Shown: positions 31,399-41,559 of the stretch, piece after piece
How positions within the stretch are numbered: position 1 is the first letter of the stretch
How the letters are laid out: every line of letters starts with the position of its first letter
Assembly (NCBI GenBank): GCA_947311485.1
Contig: CAMZLM010000019.1
Location: forward strand, 1,303 to 65,302
Source of the DNA: an uncultured Rhodobacteraceae bacterium
GTDB taxonomy: Bacteria > Pseudomonadota > Alphaproteobacteria > Rhodobacterales > Rhodobacteraceae
DNA length: 64,000 nucleotides
Direction of reading: 5' to 3'
Program-made: the position numbers and the translations under genes
Notes under the pieces: generated by a model
Seen by the model: the letters and a program-made list of their open reading frames with translations, nothing else
Database searches by the model: none
Told to the model about the DNA's origin: nothing

Positions 31399-31880
31399 TT
31401 GAACACAATCCGGGTGAGCTGCCAGATCAGACGGCCGTTGTATTTTGGATCTTGTAGTTTTTTATGACTACTCATCGGGTAAATCACCCAGATCGGTCCC
31501 TTACCACGCGGCGAAAATGCCTCACCATCCACGGAAAGCGCCAAAATCACATCATAGGCAAAAAACTCGTGCATTGGGATTTCAACCGTATAGTCATTTT
31601 CCGCAACCATATAACCAAGGCTCAAGTCTTCAGCCCCAAACTGTGTAACCAAGTCTCGAAGCAGTGGTCCTTCAAAGGTTTTCATGCCATCCACATAGGC
31701 ATTTTCTGTTTTTATCTGATGCAAACCCATTGCATGTAATTGATCTGCATCAAAAGTCACACTAGAGGTGACTTTTCCGTCGCGCTCAACTTGAACCGTC
31801 AAAATTTCTTGGGCGCTCGCGACACTTACAAAGAAAGTCGCCAAAATAGCAGCCACAAACATACGAATAAAACACCCCAC
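31395..31880 (-). CDS. Periplasmic SUOX/molybdopterin-binding-fold protein, PruR-like
   Basis: Signal peptide (ASA|QE), FEGPLLRDL, ENDY.VEIP, YDVILA, RGKGPIWVIYP, WQL; no Cys in the mature part. Confidence 0.75.
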   Translation of the reverse strand: MGCFIRMFVAAILATFFVSVASAQEILTVQVERDGKVTSSVTFDADQLHAMGLHQIKTENAYVDGMKTFEGPLLRDLVTQFGAEDLSLGYMVAENDYTVEIPMHEFFAYDVILALSVDGEAFSPRGKGPIWVIYPMSSHKKLQDPKYNGRLIWQLTRIVFK

Positions 31881-32063
31881 GCTTCCACCTCCGATAGCAC
31901 TTACTACCTAAGATATTGAAAAATAATATGCTATCTAGCACATTATTCCCAATTTCCCTTTCTTTTGGCATTAAATGCACCAGATTCGCGAATTGCGACT
32001 CAATTCGCAATTCTTGCGTGCGCATTGGGCAATCTATCAAACTATAGGCCTGCCCAATAAACC

Positions 32064-33956
32064 TTATTTAGCGCCTGGATAGCCCAACTCGGCCAATGCA
32101 ACGGTGATTTCATCCAGAATCACCGGATCATCAATCGTTGCCGGCATTTTATAGGGCTTGTCATCCGCAATGTTCACCATGGTTCCGCGCAGGATTTTAC
32201 CGGAGCGGGTTTTCGGCAAACGATCAACAACACAGGCCGTTTTGAAGGCCGCAACGGGGCCGATTTTTTCGCGCACCAGTTTGACACATTCCCTGACGAC
32301 CTCATCATGGTCACGGCCCGCACCGGCATTCAGGCACAAAAAGCCCAACGGCAACTGCCCCTTAAGGTCATCCGCCACGCCGATCACCGCACATTCGGCC
32401 ACGTCGGGGTGGCTCGACAGAACCTCCTCCATCGCGCCGGTAGACAGACGGTGACCGGCAACGTTGATTACATCATCCGTGCGCGCCATGATGTATAGAT
32501 AGCCATCGTCATCGATCATCCCCGCATCGCCGGTTTCATAGTAGCCGGGAAACGTATCCAGATAGGATTTGATAAACCGATCTTCGGCATTCCACAAGTT
32601 GGGCAACGTCCCCGGAGGCAAAGGCAACTTGATCGCAATCGCGCCCAATTCACCATGGGGTAATTCATGGCCGTCATCGCCCAGCACCCGCACATCGTAA
32701 CCGGGCATCGGCACCGTGGGCGAGCCGAGCTTCACCGGCAGTAACTCCAGCCCCGCCGGATTGGCCGCGATAGAATAACCGGTTTCCGTCTGCCACCAGT
32801 GGTCGATCACCGGCACACCCAATTGATCCTGCGCCCAGATAATGGTATCTGAATCCGCCCGTTCACCCGCCAGAAACAGATGGCGCAGGCTCGACAGATC
32901 GTATTTTTTCACAAATTCACCTGCCGGATCTTCGCGTTTAATCGCACGAAAGGCCGTTGGCGCGGTAAAGAAAGACACCACCTTGTGATCCTGAATCACC
33001 CGCCAGAACGTTCCCGGGTCCGGCGTCCCGACCGGCTTGCCCTCAAACACCACCATGGTTGCACCGTAAATCAGCGGCCCATAGGCGATATAGGAATGGC
33101 CCACCACCCAGCCCACATCGGATGCGGCCCAAAAGACCTCTCCCGGGTTGACATCATAGATGTTTTTCATGGTCCAGTGCAGCGCCACCGCATGGCCGCC
33201 ATTGGGGCGGATCACGCCTTTGGGTTGGCCGGTGGTGCCAGAAGTATACAACACGTAAAGCGGGTCATTGCCCTTGACCGGCACACATTCTGCCGGCTCT
33301 ACACCCGCCTGAAAACCGTGCCAATCCACATCACGTGGCCCCATTTTTGCAACTTCCTGTTCCCGTTGGAAAATCACACAGAAATCGGGCTTGTGGCTGG
33401 CCAGTTCAATTGCACCATCCACCAGCGGTTTATAGTGGATCACGCGGCCCGGCTCCAGACCACAGCTGGCGGCAATGATCGCCTTGGGCTTGGCATCGTC
33501 AATCCGCGTGGCCAGTTCGTTTGCCGCAAACCCGCCAAACACCACGGAATGAATCGCGCCGATACGGGCACAGGCCAACATGGCCTCGATCGCCTCGGGG
33601 ACCATCGGCATATAGATGACCACGCGGTCGCCCTTCTCCACCCCTTTGGCACGCAAGGCACCGGCAAGGCTGGCGACACGATCCCGCAATTCGCTATAGG
33701 TCAGTTTATGTACCGACTTGGTCATCGGGCTGTCGTGGATAATTGCCACCTGATCGCCTTTGCCCGCTTCGATGTGGCGGTCCAGCGCATTGTAGCAGGT
33801 GTTCATCACCCCATCCGTATACCATTCATACAACGGCGCGTTGCTGTCATCCAGCGCGCGCGTCGGTTTTTCATACCAGTCAATTGCCTTGGCGGCCTCC
33901 ATCCAGAAGGCCTCCGGATCATTTTTCCAGCTGTCGTATACGTCGCGATAGGTCAT
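32064..33956 (-). CDS. prpE: Propionyl-CoA synthetase
   Basis: YTSGTTGQPKG, DHWWQTETG, YYETGD, LPKTRSGKILR. Confidence 0.9.
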   Translation of the reverse strand: MTYRDVYDSWKNDPEAFWMEAAKAIDWYEKPTRALDDSNAPLYEWYTDGVMNTCYNALDRHIEAGKGDQVAIIHDSPMTKSVHKLTYSELRDRVASLAGALRAKGVEKGDRVVIYMPMVPEAIEAMLACARIGAIHSVVFGGFAANELATRIDDAKPKAIIAASCGLEPGRVIHYKPLVDGAIELASHKPDFCVIFQREQEVAKMGPRDVDWHGFQAGVEPAECVPVKGNDPLYVLYTSGTTGQPKGVIRPNGGHAVALHWTMKNIYDVNPGEVFWAASDVGWVVGHSYIAYGPLIYGATMVVFEGKPVGTPDPGTFWRVIQDHKVVSFFTAPTAFRAIKREDPAGEFVKKYDLSSLRHLFLAGERADSDTIIWAQDQLGVPVIDHWWQTETGYSIAANPAGLELLPVKLGSPTVPMPGYDVRVLGDDGHELPHGELGAIAIKLPLPPGTLPNLWNAEDRFIKSYLDTFPGYYETGDAGMIDDDGYLYIMARTDDVINVAGHRLSTGAMEEVLSSHPDVAECAVIGVADDLKGQLPLGFLCLNAGAGRDHDEVVRECVKLVREKIGPVAAFKTACVVDRLPKTRSGKILRGTMVNIADDKPYKMPATIDDPVILDEITVALAELGYPGAK

Positions 33957-33970
33957 GCTACTCTCCCAAG

Positions 33971-36244
33971 TTACCCGTATTGCGCTACAGAAGTCCCCGC
34001 CAAAGCGGCGATATTCAACAACCCGCGCGCGGTGATTGACGGCGTCACAATATGCGCCTTGTTGCCCATTCCCATCAGAATCGGCCCAACTTCCAGCCCG
34101 CCGGCCTTCACTTTTAGAACATTTCGCACCGCGCTTGCCGCGTCCGTATGGGCAAAAACCAGCACATTTGCTGCACCTTGCAGACGCGAGTTCGGAAATA
34201 TCCGATTACGCAATTCCGCGTCCAGCGCGCTGTCGGTGTGCATTTCGCCCTCATAAACAAAATCCAGTTTCTGCGCATCCAGAATATCCATCGCCCCGCG
34301 CATCCGCCGGCCTGAATCGGTGTTCTGGTTGCCAAACTGTGAATGTGAACACAGGGCAATTTTGGGTTCCACCCCGAAACGGCGCACATGACGCGCGGCG
34401 GCAAAAACCGTGGCGGCGATCTGCTCGGCATCGGGTTCGGCATGCACATGCGTGTCAGCCACAAACAGCGGCCCGTCTTCGTGGATAATCAGCGACAAAG
34501 CCCCGATCGGGTCCAACCCGCCATTACCAAGCACCTGAGTGACATAATTCAGATGCCACAGATATTGGCCAAAGGTACCACAAATCATGCTGTCCGCATC
34601 GCCCTGCTGCACCATGATCGCCGCAATCGCGGTTGTGTTGGTCCGCATCACCGCCTTGGCCAGATCCGGCGTGATCCCGCGCCGTTCCATCAGCTTATGA
34701 TAGGTTTCCCAATAAGGGCGATAGCGCGGGTCGTCCTGCGGGTTAACCAGTTCGAAATCCTTGCCCGGTTCGATGCTCAGACCGGCCTTCTCCAGACGGT
34801 AATTCACCACTTCGGGACGGCCAATCAGGATCGGGCGATCCACGCCTTCCTCCAGCATGGCATTGGCAGCCCGCAACACGCGTTCGTCCTCGCCCTCGGA
34901 AAATACAATTTTCCGCACGGCAAGGCGCGCCGCGTCGAACACGGGACGCATGATAAAGGCGGATTTGAAAACCGAGCGGTCCAGATCATCCTTGTAAACA
35001 GCAATATCCGGCACCGGCCGTTTGGCCACGCCACTGTCCATCGCCGCCCCCGCCACAGCCGAGGCCACAATCCCCATCAGCCGCGGATCAAACGGTTTCG
35101 GGATCAGGTAATCCGGCCCGAATGTCATCTGCTCGCCCTTATAGGCAGCAGCGGCCTCGGCGCTCGATGTCGCGCGGGCCAGTTCGGCAATACCTTTGAC
35201 ACAACCGATTTGCATCACATCATTGATTTCCGTGGCCCCCACATCCAGCGCCCCGCGAAAAATGAACGGGAAACACAGTACGTTGTTCACCTGATTGGGA
35301 TAATCGGACCGGCCCGTGGCGATCAATGCATCCGGTGCCACGCTGCGGATTTCCTCGGGCAGGATTTCCGGCGTTGGGTTTGCCAGCGCAAACACAATCG
35401 GCTGCGCCGTCATTTTGGCCACCATTTCCGGCTTCAACACGCCCGGCCCCGACAGGCCCAGAAACATATCCGCACCATCAATGACATCCATCAGTGTTTT
35501 GGGTTCGGTCCCTTGGGCAAAAGCGGCCTTTTGCGGGGTCATCTCCTCGACACGGCCCTCATATACCAGACCGGCAATATCGCAGAGCCAGACATTTTCC
35601 CGCTTCACACCCAGTTTCAGCAGCATATTCAGGCAGGCAATCCCCGCCGCGCCACCACCAGTGGAGACGATCTTGATATCCTCGAACCGTTTACCCGCCA
35701 CATGCAAGGCATTGGTGGCCGCCGCCCCCACGACAATCGCGGTGCCGTGCTGATCGTCGTGGAACACCGGAATTCCCATGCGTTCACGGCACAGTTTTTC
35801 GACAATAAAACAATCCGGGGCCTTGATATCCTCAAGGTTGATCGCCCCGAATGTGGGTTCCATGGCGCAAACGATATCGGCAATTTTTTCGGGATCGGTC
35901 TCATCCAGTTCAATGTCGAAGCAATCGATGTTGGCGAATTTTTTAAACAAAACCGCCTTGCCTTCCATGATCGGTTTGGACGCCAGCCCACCGATATTGC
36001 CAAGGCCCAGCGCCGCAGACCCGTTGGTGACAACCGCCACCAGATTGCCGCGTGCGGTGTATTTTTCCGCCAGCGTCGGGTCGCGTTTGATTTCCATACA
36101 GGTATCCGCAACGCCCGGGCTATAGGCCAGCGACAGATCGCGCTGGTTGGCCATGGGTTTTGTGGCGCGGATCTCCAGCTTCCCGGGGCGGGGAAATTCG
36201 TGATAATCAAGGGCGGCTTGGTTCAAATTGGATTTATCAGGCAT
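33971..36244 (-). CDS. maeB: NADP-dependent malic enzyme with phosphotransacetylase-like C-terminal domain
   Basis: [37 protein letters not shown]. Confidence 0.95.
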   Translation of the reverse strand: MPDKSNLNQAALDYHEFPRPGKLEIRATKPMANQRDLSLAYSPGVADTCMEIKRDPTLAEKYTARGNLVAVVTNGSAALGLGNIGGLASKPIMEGKAVLFKKFANIDCFDIELDETDPEKIADIVCAMEPTFGAINLEDIKAPDCFIVEKLCRERMGIPVFHDDQHGTAIVVGAAATNALHVAGKRFEDIKIVSTGGGAAGIACLNMLLKLGVKRENVWLCDIAGLVYEGRVEEMTPQKAAFAQGTEPKTLMDVIDGADMFLGLSGPGVLKPEMVAKMTAQPIVFALANPTPEILPEEIRSVAPDALIATGRSDYPNQVNNVLCFPFIFRGALDVGATEINDVMQIGCVKGIAELARATSSAEAAAAYKGEQMTFGPDYLIPKPFDPRLMGIVASAVAGAAMDSGVAKRPVPDIAVYKDDLDRSVFKSAFIMRPVFDAARLAVRKIVFSEGEDERVLRAANAMLEEGVDRPILIGRPEVVNYRLEKAGLSIEPGKDFELVNPQDDPRYRPYWETYHKLMERRGITPDLAKAVMRTNTTAIAAIMVQQGDADSMICGTFGQYLWHLNYVTQVLGNGGLDPIGALSLIIHEDGPLFVADTHVHAEPDAEQIAATVFAAARHVRRFGVEPKIALCSHSQFGNQNTDSGRRMRGAMDILDAQKLDFVYEGEMHTDSALDAELRNRIFPNSRLQGAANVLVFAHTDAASAVRNVLKVKAGGLEVGPILMGMGNKAHIVTPSITARGLLNIAALAGTSVAQYG

Positions 36245-36246
36245 CA

Positions 36247-37188
36247 TTATTCCCCCTTGTTTTTCACAAATAGATTGCCGATTTCCTGCGGGGAATCATA
36301 CCGGCCAGAGGCCAGCGTTTCCTCGATCTGGCCCGCAATTTTTTTGAACGGTTTTTTCAACGCGCCCTTGCTGTACTCCCCCGCATAATGCGCCTTGATC
36401 CGGCGCAGGGTTTCGTCAGCATTGGCGCGATTTTCGCCGGCTTGCCGAACCTCTCCCCGCTGAAAAAACACCCCCGTGGTATTGCCGCAACGATCCTTGG
36501 TTTGCTCCAGCTCCACCAGACCGGCCATACCGGCAACGGCGCGCACGGTCCACGGATTGAAATTGAAAATATGTCCGAAATGGAACATGTTGCCGCGACT
36601 GTGGTAATGGCACATCTGGTCGATGTCCGGGATCTCCACATAGATCACGCCCGTATCGGACAGCCAGTCCCGCAACAACGCCAGATAGCGCACCGGATCG
36701 TTCAGGTGTTCCAGCACATGGTTCAGCAGGATCAGATCAAAACTGCCCGCCGGAAAAACATCCGGATGAAAATGCGCGGTGGTTACATCAAGTCCCAGCT
36801 CATCCTTACAATATTGAGCATATTCCCTGTTCGGCTCGATCCCTTTGGCGGATTTGGCAATTTTAGAGGCCAGATACAGAAATTCCCCCGACCCGGCCCC
36901 CGCATCCAGAACCGTTTCCACGTTTTCCATCACATCGGCGTATTTGTCATAAAACACAGCCGCGCGGCGAAAGTTGCGCAGGATCTGGCGTTTACGAGGC
37001 CGCGCCTGCCCCTTGTATTCCACGCGGTAATCTTCGGAATAGAATTTGGCCAGCGTTTCGTCATCGGGAATCGGGTCATTGCGCACCAGCCCTGTACGCA
37101 TGTCGATAACAGTGCGCAGAGGTTTACCGTGCCGGTCTTTTTCCGACACGGTTTTCAAATCCTCTGGCTGTCCAATAACCCAATCCAT
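36247..37188 (-). CDS. Class I SAM-dependent methyltransferase
   Basis: VLDAGAGSGEF, GIEP, NHVLEHLNDP, YVEIP. Confidence 0.85.
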   Translation of the reverse strand: MDWVIGQPEDLKTVSEKDRHGKPLRTVIDMRTGLVRNDPIPDDETLAKFYSEDYRVEYKGQARPRKRQILRNFRRAAVFYDKYADVMENVETVLDAGAGSGEFLYLASKIAKSAKGIEPNREYAQYCKDELGLDVTTAHFHPDVFPAGSFDLILLNHVLEHLNDPVRYLALLRDWLSDTGVIYVEIPDIDQMCHYHSRGNMFHFGHIFNFNPWTVRAVAGMAGLVELEQTKDRCGNTTGVFFQRGEVRQAGENRANADETLRRIKAHYAGEYSKGALKKPFKKIAGQIEETLASGRYDSPQEIGNLFVKNKGE

Positions 37189-37217
37189 TTTTCGTTCCTT
37201 TTTACCGTCGCCCGGAA

Positions 37218-39350
37218 TCAACCCTGGGCGGGTGTTATCAATTTCAGGATATTGCGCGCCGCATCGGGAATATTGGTTCCCGGCCCGAAAATCGCCTTTA
37301 CCCCGCGTTCGTACAGGTAGTCATAATCCTGCTGTGGAATCACTCCGCCGCAAATCACAATGATATCTTCTGCATCCTTGTCCTTTAACGCCTGAACCAA
37401 CTGGGGGGCCAGCGTTTTATGCCCTGCGGCCTGACTGGAGATGCCGATTATGTGCACATCATTGTCCACCGCATCCTGTGCGGCCTCCTCCGGGGTCTGG
37501 AACAGCGGGCCAACATCCACATCGAAACCGATGTCGGCGAATGCCGTGGCGATCACTTTGGCCCCGCGATCATGTCCATCCTGTCCCATTTTCACCACCA
37601 GCATACGTGGACGGCGACCTTCGGTTTCGGCGAATTTTTCCACATCCGCCTGAATTTGCTCATAGCCCGCATCGCCTGCATAGGCTGCCCCGTATACGCC
37701 TGCCAATGTTTTTACCTCCGCACGATGGCGCCCGAACGCCACTTCCATTGCATCCGAAATTTCCCCGACAGAGGCCCGCGCCCGTGCCGCATCAATTGCC
37801 AGTTCCAGCAGGTTGGATTTCCCGTCCTTGGCCCCTGCCTCCAACGCCTCCAACGCCGCCTTGCAGGCCGCATCGTCACGGGTTGCACGAATTTCCGCCA
37901 GCCGCGCCACCTGGGAATCGCGCACGGCAGTGTTGTCGATTTCGCGAATGTTGATTTCCGGCTCGTCCGCGACCTGAAACTTGTTCACCCCGACGACAAC
38001 CTCGTCCCCGCGATCAATCGCCGCCTGTTTGCGCGCGGCGGCTTCCTCGATCCGCAGTTTCGGCATGCCAGAGGCAACGGCCTTGGTCATGCCGCCGATC
38101 TCGTCCACTTCGCCGATGATTTTCCAGGCTTCATCCACCAGTTCCTGCGTCAGCTTTTCGATGTAATACGATCCGGCCAGCGGGTCGACCACATTGGTCA
38201 CGCCGGTTTCATTTTGCAAAATCAACTGCGTATTCCGCGCCAACCGCGCGCTTTCGTCCGTGGGCAGGGCGATGGCCTCGTCAAAGGAATTGGTATGCAA
38301 CGATTGCGTCCCGCCCAGCACCGCCGACATGGCCTCATAGGCCGTGCGAATGGCGTTGTTATAGGGATCCTGCGCCTGCAGGCTCACGCCCGAGGTCTGA
38401 CAATGGGTGCGCAGCATGCTGCTTTTGGCGATCTTGGGGTTGAATTCATCCATCACCCGCGCCCACAACACCCGCGCGGCCCGCAGCTTGGCAATTTCCA
38501 TGAAGAAATTCATCCCGATGGCAAAGAAAAAGCTCAGCCGGCCGGCGAATACATCCACATCCATGCCCCGCGCAATCGCGGTTTTGACGTATTCCTTGCC
38601 ATCGGCAATGGTAAAGGCCAGCTCCTGCACCAGATTGGCCCCTGCCTCCTGCATGTGATAGCCTGAAATGGAAATGGAGTTGAACTTCGGCATTTCATTC
38701 GAGGTAAATTCGATAATGTCCGCCACAATCCGCATGCTCGGCTCCGGTGGATAAATATAGGTGTTGCGTACCATAAATTCCTTCAGCACATCATTCTGAA
38801 TGGTCCCCGACAGCTTGCCCCGCGCAACGCCCTGCTCCTCGCCTGCCACAATGAAACAGGCCAGCACCGGAATAACCGCACCATTCATGGTCATGGACAC
38901 CGAAATTTTATCGAGCGGAATGCCGTCAAACAGGATTTTCATATCCTCGACACTGTCAATCGCCACGCCGGCCTTGCCCACATCCCCCACCACGCGCGGG
39001 TGGTCGCTGTCATAGCCGCGGTGCGTCGCCAGATCAAAGGCCACCGAAACCCCCTGTTGCCCTGCCTCCAGACCGCGCCGGTAAAAGGCGTTGGATTCCT
39101 CGGCTGTGGAAAACCCGGCATACTGGCGAATGGTCCAGGGGCGCCCCGCGTACATGGTCGCCTTCACCCCGCGCTTGTAGGGGGCAAAACCGGGCAGATT
39201 GTCCAGATGCTCAACCCCGTTCAGATCATCGGCACCGTAAACCGGCTTGACCTTGATCCCCTCGGGCGTGTCCCAGTCCAGCGCCTCGAGCGGCTTGCCA
39301 CGCAATTCTTTCTCGGCCAGCGCTTGCCAGTCTTTCTTGTCATTGCTCAT
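37218..39350 (-). CDS. scpA: Methylmalonyl-CoA mutase (B12-dependent)
   Basis: [22 protein letters not shown] (B12-binding DxHxxG). Confidence 0.96.
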   Translation of the reverse strand: MSNDKKDWQALAEKELRGKPLEALDWDTPEGIKVKPVYGADDLNGVEHLDNLPGFAPYKRGVKATMYAGRPWTIRQYAGFSTAEESNAFYRRGLEAGQQGVSVAFDLATHRGYDSDHPRVVGDVGKAGVAIDSVEDMKILFDGIPLDKISVSMTMNGAVIPVLACFIVAGEEQGVARGKLSGTIQNDVLKEFMVRNTYIYPPEPSMRIVADIIEFTSNEMPKFNSISISGYHMQEAGANLVQELAFTIADGKEYVKTAIARGMDVDVFAGRLSFFFAIGMNFFMEIAKLRAARVLWARVMDEFNPKIAKSSMLRTHCQTSGVSLQAQDPYNNAIRTAYEAMSAVLGGTQSLHTNSFDEAIALPTDESARLARNTQLILQNETGVTNVVDPLAGSYYIEKLTQELVDEAWKIIGEVDEIGGMTKAVASGMPKLRIEEAAARKQAAIDRGDEVVVGVNKFQVADEPEINIREIDNTAVRDSQVARLAEIRATRDDAACKAALEALEAGAKDGKSNLLELAIDAARARASVGEISDAMEVAFGRHRAEVKTLAGVYGAAYAGDAGYEQIQADVEKFAETEGRRPRMLVVKMGQDGHDRGAKVIATAFADIGFDVDVGPLFQTPEEAAQDAVDNDVHIIGISSQAAGHKTLAPQLVQALKDKDAEDIIVICGGVIPQQDYDYLYERGVKAIFGPGTNIPDAARNILKLITPAQG

Positions 39351-39370
39351 CTTGTGCACTCCATAAGGGC

Positions 39371-40939
39371 CTATTGCCCGCTATCCAGAATTTTCAATTC
39401 GACGGTTTCAGGCAGGCTTGGCCCAAAATCCTTTAACTTGTTCACGATCCCATCCACCACCGCAGGGCTGGTTGCATAAAACGTCACGGTGCGCCCGCCC
39501 AATGTCCCTTGCGGTATGATCAGCTGCAGCTCGGCAACTTCTACCCAGCTTGGCGGGATCCGGTCCACAAACCAGTGTTTATACAGCATCGCCAATCGCA
39601 CACCGCGCGCCTGTGCCAGCCGATCCATCCACAACGGATCATGCCCCCGCAGGCGCGCTTCCAGTGCCTCACGAGAAGCCAACCCCCACATATCCAGCAC
39701 ATAATACGGGTTGCCATAGGCCACATGCCCCAAATCATTCACCGCCACAGGGGCCTGCCAATAATCATCGACAAACCGCCCCATTTGGCGTTGTTGCGCA
39801 TAAATCCCCGCAGAGCCGTTCGGCATGTCGGTAAAGGCCACAACCGGATATTGCACCCCGCCCCAGAACAGGCCAACCAGCAACATCGCAGGCGTCAAAT
39901 CTGCAGGCCCCTCTTTGGGCAAGAATGCAACCAACACCGCAAAAGCGCCGATAAAAAAGGTCCAGACATAGGGTTCATAGCGAAAGAAATCTGCGACAGC
40001 CCCAAGTATCACATGACCAAATGCAGCCAGAACCGCCGCCCAGCCAATCAACGCCCAAACACCTTTGATCCAGTGACGCGCCAAAAACAAACCCAGCGCG
40101 CCAAAAAACACCGCCCCGATCAGCATCCGCCCCGTGGGGTAATACAGGGCCAGCCGCCAGGAAAACAAAATCCGCGTCAACCGGCCGCCATCATGCTTGT
40201 CACCGCCCCCCACGACCGCCGCCTTGGCGTTCACCGAATTGGGCAGCAGATCCAGCCCGATTGCCGACATATGCCAGAAATGCGCCGCCAGCGGCAGCGC
40301 TGTCAGCCCCAGCAACACCAATCCGGCGCGCCGCCGTCCGCCAAAAAACAAAACGCCACAGGCCAGCAAGGCAATCGCCATGCCTTCAAACCGCAACAAC
40401 GGATTGGCAACCACCCCGACCACCAGCATCCAGCCAATGCGCCCTTCACGGGCGAAATCCAGCAACCCGTTCAACACCAGCAACGCCGCCACGATATGCA
40501 GCATATGCTCCATCCCGATCAACGCCATCGCCGGATGGTGCATGAACAGCGGCGCTCCCAGCGCCAAAACCACCAGCATCCAGACCGGCGCGCCCTGTAA
40601 TCGGGCTATCCACAACACCCGCCCCCACAAAACCGCCGCGCCAACCAGCCCCCCGATGCCAAGAACCAAAGGCCACCACACATGAAATGCGGTTCCCACA
40701 AAAGGGGCCAACAAATAGGAATACAAAATGGAAGACGACGCCGAGGCATATTCCCCCGGGTTAACCCCATAGCCCCCCTGCGCCAGTTGTTCGGACATGG
40801 CCAGATGGATATACACATCATCCAGCGCATATTCCCAAATCCCGCCGGTCCGCATCAGGGTCACCCCGACCAATGCCAACATCGGCACCAAGGCCCCGAT
40901 CAGGCTCAGCCCCGCAAATCGCAGCAACGCCCTATCCAT
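39371..40939 (-). CDS. Polytopic membrane protein, probable GT-C fold glycosyltransferase
   Basis: First loop DDVYIHL..S..LAQG...NPGE..S.SSS.L, GME and RFE motifs, many TM helices. Confidence 0.6.
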   Translation of the reverse strand: MDRALLRFAGLSLIGALVPMLALVGVTLMRTGGIWEYALDDVYIHLAMSEQLAQGGYGVNPGEYASASSSILYSYLLAPFVGTAFHVWWPLVLGIGGLVGAAVLWGRVLWIARLQGAPVWMLVVLALGAPLFMHHPAMALIGMEHMLHIVAALLVLNGLLDFAREGRIGWMLVVGVVANPLLRFEGMAIALLACGVLFFGGRRRAGLVLLGLTALPLAAHFWHMSAIGLDLLPNSVNAKAAVVGGGDKHDGGRLTRILFSWRLALYYPTGRMLIGAVFFGALGLFLARHWIKGVWALIGWAAVLAAFGHVILGAVADFFRYEPYVWTFFIGAFAVLVAFLPKEGPADLTPAMLLVGLFWGGVQYPVVAFTDMPNGSAGIYAQQRQMGRFVDDYWQAPVAVNDLGHVAYGNPYYVLDMWGLASREALEARLRGHDPLWMDRLAQARGVRLAMLYKHWFVDRIPPSWVEVAELQLIIPQGTLGGRTVTFYATSPAVVDGIVNKLKDFGPSLPETVELKILDSGQ

Positions 40940-41094
40940 AGAACCGTTCCTCCAGCTTTTTCATTTTCCCGAAAGACCACCGCAGGAGGAGACTGCTTTT
41001 CATGCTCAAAACCGCCCGTGAAAACCCCTCACGGACATTTCCCCCCTCGCAATTCCGACCAAAGCGATTAAGTTGCCTAGGGAAAGGACACCGA

Positions 41095-41493
41095 ATGCCC
41101 CCAAGAATACTGCTTGCCACACTCCTGTGCGTCCTGACGGCCCCCGTGGCCACAGCACAGGATTTATCCGAATACCTCTGGCTGAAACGCCCATTGGTCA
41201 TCTTTGCCGATACACCGAACAACCCGCATTTCAAACGCCAGCTGGAACTGCTTGAGGAAGATCCGCAGGCGTTGACCGATCGCGATGTGGTCATCATCAC
41301 TGATACCATCCCGCAACCCCTGTCGCCGCTACGCGAAAAACTGCGGCCGCGCGGGTTTTCGTTGGTGCTCTTGGGCAAGGATGGCAAGGTCAAGCTGCGC
41401 AAACCGCGTCCCTGGACCGTGCGCGAAATATCCCGCGCGATTGACAAATTTCCGTTACGCATAGACGAATTGCGCGCCCAGCGGGGAAAATAG
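41095..41493 (+). CDS. DUF4174-like exported protein
   Basis: Signal peptide; WLKRPLVIFAD, LVLLGKDGKVKLR, IDKFPLR. Confidence 0.75.
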   Translation: MPPRILLATLLCVLTAPVATAQDLSEYLWLKRPLVIFADTPNNPHFKRQLELLEEDPQALTDRDVVIITDTIPQPLSPLREKLRPRGFSLVLLGKDGKVKLRKPRPWTVREISRAIDKFPLRIDELRAQRGK

Positions 41494-41559
41494 GCGGCGG
41501 CATTGCCCATCGGCAAAACTGCCACGAATGCCCGAATTTCCCCGCCCGGACGCATCGGT

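Noticed and set aside
31965-31982. TGGCAT..TGCA upstream of the PruR-like gene as a sigma54 promoter
   Set aside because: GG-to-GC spacing is 8 rather than 10, and it lies on the wrong strand.
34388-36388. 666-aa plus-strand ORF
   Set aside because: Antisense shadow of maeB and the methyltransferase gene.
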